From positions 64,001-128,000 of the forward strand of contig JBDRCO010000003.1 in assembly GCA_043821645.1 (NCBI GenBank): a DNA stretch of 64,000 nucleotides. Direction: 5' to 3'. Position 1 is the first letter of the stretch; each line of letters opens with the position of its first letter. The translations under genes were made by a program, and so were the position numbers. A model generated the notes under the pieces. The model saw nothing but the letters and a program-made list of their open reading frames with translations, was not told where the DNA came from and made no database searches. Shown here piece after piece: positions 9,081-17,320 of this stretch. This DNA is from Pseudomonadota bacterium. GTDB lineage: Bacteria > Myxococcota > JACRCW01 > JAFGSX01.

Positions 9081-9383
9081 TTACTTCTTCTTGAACAGCG
9101 CCTCGAGCTTGGCCTTGGCCTCGTCGATCTGGCCGGCGCCCTCGCGCTCGCCGTCGATGAACTTGAAGAAGCCACAGAAGTTGAACTTCTCCTTGTCCGG
9201 CACGTAGTCGCTGGTGGGCTCGTGGCAACTGTTGTGGGCGCCCGGATCATACATCTGGCAGTTCATGCAGCAGTGCAGGTCCGCGGCGCAGTGCGGGCAG
9301 TTGTCGCGCTGGCTCATCTTCACCTCGAAGATGAGCTCGTTGTGGCACTTGTGGCAGAAGAAGGTCGGGTCCGGCGTCAGCAT
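9081..9383 (-). CDS. Small Cys-rich (zinc-ribbon-like) hypothetical protein
   Basis: CHKC, CPHC, CCMNC and further Cys; host codon usage; AGGAG RBS. Confidence 0.75.
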   Translation of the reverse strand: MLTPDPTFFCHKCHNELIFEVKMSQRDNCPHCAADLHCCMNCQMYDPGAHNSCHEPTSDYVPDKEKFNFCGFFKFIDGEREGAGQIDEAKAKLEALFKKK

Positions 9384-9498
9384 GTCTGCTCCTGGGGGTC
9401 GACAGGATCCCTGTTCTCTAGCAGACCTGCTGGCGAAGGCGAAGGGCTCTTTGTCGTGCGCGCCGCGGCTCCCCGGGGCCTGCTCGCATCGCCGGGGC

Positions 9499-10893
9499 TC
9501 AGTCGCTGCGTTCGTCGCGCGCGCGGGTGCGCAGGGTCTTCGCGTCGACGCCGTGCTTGCGCATGATCCCCCACAGGTTCTTGCGATCCATGCCCGCGTG
9601 GCGGGCGGCCTGGGAGATGTTGCCGTCGTACAGACCCAGCACGCGGTTGACGTAGCGCATCTCGAAATCGTCGACCACGTGCCGCTTCTCCTCCTTGAAG
9701 GTGCGGGGCGCCGTGCCCTCGCTGACCACGCTGTCCTCCTCGAACATGAGATCGCCGAGATCGATGACGCGCCCCTGCGCCATGACCACCGCCTGCTGCA
9801 CCTTGTTCTCGAGCTCGCGCACGTTGCCTGGCCAGGGGTAGCCCACCAGCCTCTGCATGGCGGCCGGCGAGAAGCTCTCGATGGGCTTTTCGGATTCTTC
9901 CTTGTACTTGCGCAAGAAGTGGCTGGCGAGGAGGGCGATGTCGCTCTTGCGCTCGCGCAGCGGAGGCAGGGTGATGGGGACGATGTTCAGGCGGTAGTAC
10001 AGGTCCTCGCGGAACACGTTGCGCTGCACCATGGTCTTCAGGTCGCGGTTGGTCGCGGTGACGATGCGCAGGTCCGCGCGCAGCGTGCGTGGGCTGCCCA
10101 GGGGCTTGAACTCCTTGCTCTGCAAGAAGCGCAGCAGCTTGACCTGGACGCTCTGGCTGAGGTCGCCGATCTCGTCGAGGAACAGGGTCCCACCGTTGGC
10201 TTCCTCGACCAGTCCCGGGGTGTCGCGATGGGCATCGGTGAAGGCGCCGCGCTTGTAGCCGAACAGCTCGCTTTCAAGCAGGGTGTCGGGCAGGGCGCCG
10301 CAGTTGACGGTGACAAAGGGCTTGGTCGAGCGCTTGGACATGCGGTGCAGGGTCTGGGCGATGAGCTCCTTGCCGGTGCCACTTTCCCCGTAGACGATGA
10401 CCGCGGCGTCGGTCTGCGCGGTCAATGGCAGGCGCGCCATGATGCGCTGCATGGACTGCGAGGTGCCGACGATGTGGGGTGCCGCGCCGCCGGTGGCGCT
10501 CTCCATGCGCAGGCGGGTGACTTCTTCGGTCAGGCGCAGGGCCTCGAGCACGCGCCGCACGCGGTGGTTGAACACCTCCTTGGTCACCGGCTTGGTGATG
10601 TAGTCGGCGGCACCCATGCGCAGCAGGCGCACCGCGTCCTCGATCGAGGCGTGGGCGGTCATGATGAGCACGGGGGTGGTGGGGCGCAGCTCGAGCACGG
10701 CCTTGAGCACGTCCTCACCGCTGGCCACGGGCATGCGAATGTCCGTGACCACGAGTTCTGCCCCCTGTTCCCGGAACCTATCGATGGCCTCTCCGCCATC
10801 GGAGGCGAAGATCAGCTCGTAGTCCTCGCCCCGGGCGTAGATGCGCAGCAGATCGCGCGAGGTCGGATCGTCGTCAGCTATCAGGACTCGCAT
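9499..10893 (-). CDS. Sigma54-dependent response regulator (receiver-AAA+-Fis HTH, NtrC family)
   Basis: MRVLIADDD receiver, GESGTGKE Walker A, GAFTDA, LFLDEIG, WPGNVREL, C-terminal HTH. Confidence 0.95.
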   Translation of the reverse strand: MRVLIADDDPTSRDLLRIYARGEDYELIFASDGGEAIDRFREQGAELVVTDIRMPVASGEDVLKAVLELRPTTPVLIMTAHASIEDAVRLLRMGAADYITKPVTKEVFNHRVRRVLEALRLTEEVTRLRMESATGGAAPHIVGTSQSMQRIMARLPLTAQTDAAVIVYGESGTGKELIAQTLHRMSKRSTKPFVTVNCGALPDTLLESELFGYKRGAFTDAHRDTPGLVEEANGGTLFLDEIGDLSQSVQVKLLRFLQSKEFKPLGSPRTLRADLRIVTATNRDLKTMVQRNVFREDLYYRLNIVPITLPPLRERKSDIALLASHFLRKYKEESEKPIESFSPAAMQRLVGYPWPGNVRELENKVQQAVVMAQGRVIDLGDLMFEEDSVVSEGTAPRTFKEEKRHVVDDFEMRYVNRVLGLYDGNISQAARHAGMDRKNLWGIMRKHGVDAKTLRTRARDERSD

Positions 10894-11018
10894 GCACGCT
10901 CCCCCCATTCCGAACCGCAAGTGTGGCTTCGCTGCCACGCGGACGCCGCCCATATTTTTAGGAGTTCTGTCCTGTTGTCAAGGTACGTGGTGTCATTGCC
11001 ACGCATTGCCGAGGACCC

Positions 11019-13589
11019 GTGACGAAACCACGCGGGCCTGCTTTGATAGCCCTCGTGGGGCCAGGCGGGGCATCCGGGGAGGTCGTGGTGAACTGCGAGC
11101 AGGAGCTGCGGCGGGCGCTGGGCGATTCGTCGGTGTCGGTTCTCGACGTGGACCGCTGGGCCTATGCCCGCGACCTGTCGGTGCGAGGCATCATCCGGGC
11201 GCGGGGCGGCGCGGCTTTTTCGCGACCGCTTGCGGTGGTGTGGCCTCGCAGCAGCGCACAGTTGCAGGAACTGGTGGCCCTGGCTCGGCAGCACCACCTC
11301 GAGCTGGTTCCCTACGGCGCTGGCTCCGGTGTCGTCGGCGGCCTCGAGGCGGGCTCCAGAACCGTGGTCGTCGATCTCAAGCGCTTCGACGCGCTGGAAC
11401 TGGACGCCGGGCGCGGCGAGGCGGTGGCCGGAGCCGGGGTCATCGGTGAGCAGCTCGAGCGCTGGCTCAACGAGCGCGGCTTCTCGCTGGGGCACTTTCC
11501 GTCGTCGATCTACTGCAGCACCGTGGGTGGCTGGGTGGCGACCCGCTCGGCCGGTCAGCTGTCGTCGCGCTACGGAAAGATCGAGGACATGGTGCGCTGG
11601 GTCGAGGGCGTGGACGGTTGCGGGCGGGTGTGGCGCCTGAACCGTGGCGACCGGGACCTCGACGCTCTGGGCCTCGCGGTGGGCAGCGAGGGTGGGCTGA
11701 TCATCCTCACCCGCATCGGGCTGTCGGTGCATCGCCTGCCGTCCCACCGGGCGCTGCGCGGCGCGGACTTTCCGTCGGTGGTGCAGGCCCTGGATGCGAT
11801 GCGGCAGATCATGCGCGCGGGTCTGGCGCCGGTGATCCTGCGCCTGTACGACCCGCTGGATACGCTGCTGTCCGGCCATTCCGGGGGCGAAGCCGACGAA
11901 GCAGCGAGTGCCGTGGAGCGCGGCGTGGTGGGTCGGGCCGGGCTCGAGCAGATCCGCGCCCCGGGGCTGGCCTCCGCTCCTGGCGCGGACGACCCCTCGC
12001 GCTCCTTGCTGGCACGTCTGGCGAACGCCTTGGGCATCGAGGAGAGCACGGCCGATGCGTCCCGATCCGCGCTGCGGCGGCTGGCGGTCCTTGGCAGCGG
12101 TGCGTGGCCGCGCCTGGGTGGGCTGCTGGCAGATCGCGCGCGGCGTTGCCGCATCGTCTATGGCTTCGAGGGCAGTGAAGACGAGGTGACGGCGGCGGAG
12201 CAGGCGGCCCGGTCGCTGGTCGAGGCCTGCGGCGGCACCGACCGTGGTGCAGGGCCAGGGCGCCACTGGCTCGACCGGCGCTATGCCGTGTCGTACAAGA
12301 TGAGCCGCGTGCTCGATGCCGGTCTGTGGGTCGACACCTTCGAGGTGGCTGCCCGCTGGTCGCGCTTGCTCGATGTGTACCACGCGGTCCGCCACGCCGT
12401 GCAGGGCAACGCGCTGTGCCTGGCGCACTTCTCCCACGCCTATGTGGACGGCTGCTCCATCTACTTCTCCTTCGTCGGGGGTGGCGATGGGGTCGATGAG
12501 GCCGTGGCCCAGCATGCCGAGGCCTGGCGGGCCGGGCTGTGGGCAGCGCGCGGCGCCGGAGCGGTGCTCAGCCACCACCATGGCATCGGTCGCCTCAAGG
12601 CCGAGGTCCTGGCTGGCACGGAAGGCCCTGGCTCGACGCTGCTGCGCTCCACTCTCAAGCGCTGCTTCGACCCGGATGCCGTGCTCAATCCCGGGGTGCT
12701 GACCAGTCCGAGCGCGAGCCTGGACGCGGATCAGCAGGCGCAGGCCTCTCCCACCCTCACGGGCCTGCGACCACTGCACGGCTTCGAGCTGGACATGTCC
12801 AGTGGCCTGGTTCGCGTGCCACCACAGCTGGCTCTTGGCGAGCTGGCGCGACGGCTGGCGCGCGTCGATCTCGAACTCGGCGCACGCCCGGCGGCCTTCG
12901 GGGACCTCACCGTCCAGGGCGCTCTGCGTCTGCAGGACCCGCGCATCCTGGCTCGGCTGACCTCGATCGAGGCGCGGATCCAGGGCCAGGCACTGTCCGC
13001 TCCCCTGGCGCCGAGAGCAGCCACCGGCTCGGATCTCAAGGCCTTCGTCGTCGGCGAGGAGGCGCCGCCGGTGCACCTGGACAGGTTGTGGCTGGCGGTG
13101 CGCGAGCTGGTCGCGCCCAGCGCGGTGAGCTTCGACTGCGGTCAGCCATCGAGGCTCGCCGAGACCGCGAGCTGGCTGGTCGAGGTTGGTGCCACCGCGG
13201 TGGAACTCTCCGTCGCTGCTGGCCGGGCGAGGCTGACCTTGTGGGTGCCGGGTGCCGGACCAGGATGGGCGGTCTGGCAGGCCAGGGTGGAGCTGTTGAA
13301 GCGGCGCTTCGGAGAGGTCGTGTCCCAGGATGGGGACTGGGCCGCCGCCGGCCCCGCCACAGGGTGGTGCGAACCCCTGCTGGTGTTCTTCGACGTCGAT
13401 CTGGCGGCGCTGCTGCAGCGGCTGCTGGTGCGCGGACCGGACAGCTCAGCACGCCTGCAACTCGCGCCCCGCGGTGGCCTGGTCCTCTCCGGCTGCAGCG
13501 CTGTCGAGGTCGAGGATATCGCGGCCCGGGGACGCTCGGGATGGGCCCCCCTGCTGGGTCTGGCCGCGCAGGCGGGGGGGGGCGCATGA
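11019..13589 (+). CDS. FAD-linked oxidase, alkylglycerone-phosphate synthase-like, with an extra C-terminal degenerate FAD-binding domain
   Basis: PYGAGSGV, GHFPSSIYCSTVGGW, SSRYGKIED, HFSHAY, SHHHGIG, DPxxVLNPG; about 300-aa C-terminal extension. Confidence 0.8.
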   Translation: MTKPRGPALIALVGPGGASGEVVVNCEQELRRALGDSSVSVLDVDRWAYARDLSVRGIIRARGGAAFSRPLAVVWPRSSAQLQELVALARQHHLELVPYGAGSGVVGGLEAGSRTVVVDLKRFDALELDAGRGEAVAGAGVIGEQLERWLNERGFSLGHFPSSIYCSTVGGWVATRSAGQLSSRYGKIEDMVRWVEGVDGCGRVWRLNRGDRDLDALGLAVGSEGGLIILTRIGLSVHRLPSHRALRGADFPSVVQALDAMRQIMRAGLAPVILRLYDPLDTLLSGHSGGEADEAASAVERGVVGRAGLEQIRAPGLASAPGADDPSRSLLARLANALGIEESTADASRSALRRLAVLGSGAWPRLGGLLADRARRCRIVYGFEGSEDEVTAAEQAARSLVEACGGTDRGAGPGRHWLDRRYAVSYKMSRVLDAGLWVDTFEVAARWSRLLDVYHAVRHAVQGNALCLAHFSHAYVDGCSIYFSFVGGGDGVDEAVAQHAEAWRAGLWAARGAGAVLSHHHGIGRLKAEVLAGTEGPGSTLLRSTLKRCFDPDAVLNPGVLTSPSASLDADQQAQASPTLTGLRPLHGFELDMSSGLVRVPPQLALGELARRLARVDLELGARPAAFGDLTVQGALRLQDPRILARLTSIEARIQGQALSAPLAPRAATGSDLKAFVVGEEAPPVHLDRLWLAVRELVAPSAVSFDCGQPSRLAETASWLVEVGATAVELSVAAGRARLTLWVPGAGPGWAVWQARVELLKRRFGEVVSQDGDWAAAGPATGWCEPLLVFFDVDLAALLQRLLVRGPDSSARLQLAPRGGLVLSGCSAVEVEDIAARGRSGWAPLLGLAAQAGGGA

Positions 13590-14683
13590 GCACCACCCGT
13601 CGTGATACCGATGCCCACGCGCGCGAGCACGCGCTGTGCACCTACTGCCCCAAGATGTGCCGGGCGGTGTGCCCGGTCGGCACCGCAGAAGCCAGGGAGA
13701 CGACCTCCACCTGGGGCAAGATGTGGCAGGCCTTTCGCTGCGCAGAACATGGCGAGCCCATCGACGCCGAGGTCGCGCGGGTGTTCGACGCGTGCACGGG
13801 CTGCGGCGCCTGCACGGCGTTCTGCGAGCACGGGGTGGATGCGGCGAGCGCCCTGGTGGCCATGCGTGCGCGTGCCTATCAGGAGGGCTGGTCGGTGCGC
13901 GCGGACCTTCTCGCCGAGCGCTTTGACCGTCTGTCCCGCTGCACCGATCAAGATCTTGGACAACTGGATCGCGAGGAGATCACCGCGGCGCCCTCCTCGA
14001 TCGCACTGCTCCCCGGGGCCCAGACCCTGCTGCGGCGTCCTGGTCTGGCCGGGCTGACCTGCCGCGTGCTGTCGGATCTGGGCGCGGGGTGCGGTGCGCT
14101 GCCGGATCTCGCCCGCGGTCTCGACGTCGGACAGTCCCTGTACTGGAGTGGCTTGCTGGAGCGCTTCGATGCGCACGCCCAGAACGTGGCCGCGGCCCTG
14201 ACGCGCGTGGCCACGGTGGTGTGCGTGGATCCGGAAGATGCCTACTTCCTGGGCGTCATCTACCCGCGCAGGGGGGTGTCGGTGACGCCGCGCATCAGCA
14301 CGGTGGTCGAGGAACTCGGCCGGGTGGTGGACAGGCTCGTGCTGCGCCCGGGACCCGTGGTGGCCTACCACGACTCCTGTCATCTGGGTCGCCGCCTGGG
14401 TGCCTACGTGGCTCCGCGGCGCATCATCGAGCGCGTGCTCGGCGAGCCACCCCTCGAGTACGCCTGGACCCGCGAGCACGCGGAGTGCGCCGGGGGAGGG
14501 GGCCTCTATCTCGAGAGCAATCCCGAGGGAGCCCTGGCGATCGCGACGCGACGCTGGAACAGTAGACCACAGGGGGCCCAGGCCATCGTGACCACCTGCC
14601 CGACCGCCGTGGTGCTGCTGCGGCGGGCCGGTGGCGAGGCGCTGGATGTCATCGAGCTGGTGGCAGGCGAACGTCTGCCCTGA
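13586..14683 (+). CDS. (Fe-S)-binding protein, GlcF/GlpC-like CCG-domain family
   Basis: CTYCPKMCRAVCP, CTGCGACTAFC, YHDSCHLGR; ATGA overlap with the upstream stop. Confidence 0.85.
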   Translation: MSTTRRDTDAHAREHALCTYCPKMCRAVCPVGTAEARETTSTWGKMWQAFRCAEHGEPIDAEVARVFDACTGCGACTAFCEHGVDAASALVAMRARAYQEGWSVRADLLAERFDRLSRCTDQDLGQLDREEITAAPSSIALLPGAQTLLRRPGLAGLTCRVLSDLGAGCGALPDLARGLDVGQSLYWSGLLERFDAHAQNVAAALTRVATVVCVDPEDAYFLGVIYPRRGVSVTPRISTVVEELGRVVDRLVLRPGPVVAYHDSCHLGRRLGAYVAPRRIIERVLGEPPLEYAWTREHAECAGGGGLYLESNPEGALAIATRRWNSRPQGAQAIVTTCPTAVVLLRRAGGEALDVIELVAGERLP

Positions 14684-14713
14684 CAAGCGGGTGCCCGGGC
14701 CCGGGGGTCGCAC

Positions 14714-15643
14714 ATGAAAGACCACGCCGTTCTCATCGTGAATCCGCGCTCGGGACGCAACCAGACCGGCCGCCGCTGGAAGGACATGGAGGCGCTGATC
14801 CAGCGCTCACTTCCCGACGTCGTAACGCGCATGACCGAGAGCGCAGGGCACGCCACCGAGCTGACCCGCGAGGCGCTGCGCCAGGGCGCCAGCCTGGTGG
14901 TGGCGGTGGGTGGCGACGGCACCAACAACGAGGTCGTTAACGGTTTCTTTGAACCCTCCGGACAAGCCATCGCTCCCGAGGCCAGCTTTGGATTCATCGC
15001 CGCGGGCACCGGATCCGACCTGGGGCGGAGCTTCGGTCACGGCGGAGGCCTGCGTGCCGCCGCCCAGCGCATCGCGGGTGCGGCGCCGCGCCCCCTCGAC
15101 CTGGGACGCATCACCTACACGGGCCATGACGGGCAGGAACGACAGCGCCTGTTCGTCAACATCGCCTCGTTCGGGGTGTCCGGGCTGGTGGTGCGCACGG
15201 TCAACAGCCGGACCTCAGGCGGCAAGCTGGCCTATGCCATGTCCACCGCCGGCGCCATCTTTCGCTACAAGAGCAGTCCGGTCACGCTGCAGATCGACGA
15301 TGACGAACCGCGCACGCTCGATCTCATGCTCTGCGCGGTGGCCAACGGCCAGTTCTTCGGCGGCGGCATGCAGATTGCTCCCCACGCCGTGCCGGACGAT
15401 GGAAGCTTCGACGTGGTGACCGTGGCGGGCTGGAAACCCATGGGGTTCCTCTCCAACGCACCCAAGGTTTACAGCGGAAGTCACCTCAGCCTGGCGGGGG
15501 TGGAGGAGCACCGTGGTGTTCGCCGGCTGCGCGCGAGCCCGAGTGCCGGCGCCCAGGTGCTCATCGATCTCGATGGGGAGCAGCCAGGGGTGCTCCCCGC
15601 GAGCTTCGAGATCCTTCCGGGAGCGATCCGGATCCGCGGCTGA
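14714..15643 (+). CDS. Diacylglycerol/lipid kinase family protein (YegS/DagK-like)
   Basis: IVNPRSG, GGDGT, GTGSDL, NGQFFGGG, DGE motifs. Confidence 0.92.
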   Translation: MKDHAVLIVNPRSGRNQTGRRWKDMEALIQRSLPDVVTRMTESAGHATELTREALRQGASLVVAVGGDGTNNEVVNGFFEPSGQAIAPEASFGFIAAGTGSDLGRSFGHGGGLRAAAQRIAGAAPRPLDLGRITYTGHDGQERQRLFVNIASFGVSGLVVRTVNSRTSGGKLAYAMSTAGAIFRYKSSPVTLQIDDDEPRTLDLMLCAVANGQFFGGGMQIAPHAVPDDGSFDVVTVAGWKPMGFLSNAPKVYSGSHLSLAGVEEHRGVRRLRASPSAGAQVLIDLDGEQPGVLPASFEILPGAIRIRG

Positions 15644-15733
15644 ACACTGTCCACAGGACCCTGGCGCACGCTCCGCATGGCTGGCATTGTCTTTGACCCT
15701 GTGGTTGAATTCGGATTCCGAGGACACGGCACC

Positions 15734-17320
15734 ATGGCTTTCAAGTTGATCGTCGAGGATGCGTCTGGCCCGCAGGGCGAGGTGTTGTTGCGCCCTGGTG
15801 CCAACACGCTGGGCCGTGCCGCGACCTGCAACGTGATGCTCGACTCGCCCTTTCTCTCGCGCCGCCACGCCAGGTTGGTGGTGAGCGGTGACACGCTCGA
15901 GGTGTTTGACCTCGACAGTCACAACGGTCTGTTCGTCAACGGCGCCAAGGTGCGCAAGGCCGGGCTGGTCCAGGGAGATGCGCTGTTCGCTGGCAGCCGC
16001 AAGCTGGTGGTGGTGCACGCCGAGGATGCGGACGTGCAGCGGGATCCCGAGACCCAGATGGTGCGCGCCGCGTTGCCCGAGCAGCTGTTGACCTCGCTGG
16101 ATGATCTACAGGCCCTGGCGCTGCGCGAAGCCCTGAGTTCCGACGACGCCACCGTGCGCAACCTGGCCATGATGTATCGCGTGACCGAGCGCGATGCGCG
16201 CAATCTCGGCCACGACGAGTTCCTGCGCGACATGCTGGATCTGCTGCGCGAGTCGACCCTCGCCAGCCTGGCCATCCTCCTCATCCAAGACGACAAGGGC
16301 GTGTTGATGCCCCGGGCGATCCTTCGCGAGGGAGATGCCAGCTCCTCTCCGGCGCTGCCCAGCACCTGGCCCCTTGCCCGCAAAGTCTGTGATGAGCGCG
16401 AGATCCTGTTCACCCGCGATGTCCAGGCGCCACCAGGGCTTCTCGAACCCCTGTGGTCCGCCGCGGTCCCACTCGCCGTGCTGTGCGCCCCCCTGATCCA
16501 CGAGAACCTGGTGAAGGGCTGCGTGCTGGTGGCGCGCGGCTTCCAGGATTCTGGCTACGCGGACGCGGAGGTCGAGCTGGTTGCCGCCATTGCCCACCTG
16601 CTGGCCGGACGCCTCAGCGAAGAGCCGGTGGAGCGGCCCCCGGAGCGCAGCGACGAGGTCGAGCGCATGGTGCGGTCGGCGCATCCAGGGCGCATGGCGG
16701 ACCGCCTGATGGAGTACCTGCATGGCGGTCCCTTCGGGGGACCGAGCGTGACCCGCGAGCAGGGCGTCGTGGTGTATGCGGAGCTCACCGGCGTCGAGGA
16801 CAAGCTGGATCATGTACCGATCGAGGCGGCCGAGAAGCTGATGGCAGAGTTCCATGCCCGCGCTCTTGAAGCCGCGGATCGCTTTGGCGGCCACCTCGAG
16901 GCCGCCTTCGCGTGCGGGGTGGCGCTGGTCTTCACCGGATCCGAACCGCACACGGCGCTGACGGCCCTGCGTGCCGCGGTCCGCGTCGCCTCGCTGAACC
17001 TGGCGTCGCTGATCCCGGGCTTCGACACGGCGGGTGTTCGCGTCGGGGTCGATGTCGGCCCCTTGACCACCGGTCTCATCGGCCGCGAGCGCGTGATGTA
17101 CATGCTGATGGGCAAGGCCGCTCGGGTGGCAGCGCGCGTCGCTGACGTGGCCCAGAGCGGTCAGGTCGTCGCCACGGCCGAGCTGCGCACCGTCCTGGGC
17201 AATCAGAGCAACGTGCAGGTGGTGGCGCTGGGACCCCATGCCCTGCGCGGCTTTGCACGGCCGGTCGAGCTGTTCTTGCTGGACGATCCCGCGCTGCGGG
17301 GTGAGGAGGGTGCATCGTGA
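15734..17320 (+). CDS. FHA + GAF + class III nucleotidyl-cyclase-like domain protein (cyclase degenerate)
   Basis: LGR...SRRHA...SHNG FHA motif; LCAPL GAF; C-terminal VRVGVDVG...GKAARVAARV cyclase fold. Confidence 0.8.
   Translation: MAFKLIVEDASGPQGEVLLRPGANTLGRAATCNVMLDSPFLSRRHARLVVSGDTLEVFDLDSHNGLFVNGAKVRKAGLVQGDALFAGSRKLVVVHAEDADVQRDPETQMVRAALPEQLLTSLDDLQALALREALSSDDATVRNLAMMYRVTERDARNLGHDEFLRDMLDLLRESTLASLAILLIQDDKGVLMPRAILREGDASSSPALPSTWPLARKVCDEREILFTRDVQAPPGLLEPLWSAAVPLAVLCAPLIHENLVKGCVLVARGFQDSGYADAEVELVAAIAHLLAGRLSEEPVERPPERSDEVERMVRSAHPGRMADRLMEYLHGGPFGGPSVTREQGVVVYAELTGVEDKLDHVPIEAAEKLMAEFHARALEAADRFGGHLEAAFACGVALVFTGSEPHTALTALRAAVRVASLNLASLIPGFDTAGVRVGVDVGPLTTGLIGRERVMYMLMGKAARVAARVADVAQSGQVVATAELRTVLGNQSNVQVVALGPHALRGFARPVELFLLDDPALRGEEGAS

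Noticed and set aside
10230-10250. GAFTDA instead of GAFTGA in the sigma54 activator
   Set aside because: A common natural variant; not evidence of a novel mechanism.
11001-11011. Third copy of the ACGCAnTGCGT operator upstream of the AGPS-like gene
   Set aside because: Only a partial match (acgcattgccg); likely chance in high-GC DNA.
13574-13582. G9 homopolymer as a phase-variation switch
   Set aside because: It lies in the last codons of the gene and doubles as the downstream RBS region; the frame and ATGA coupling are intact and there is no evidence of slippage.
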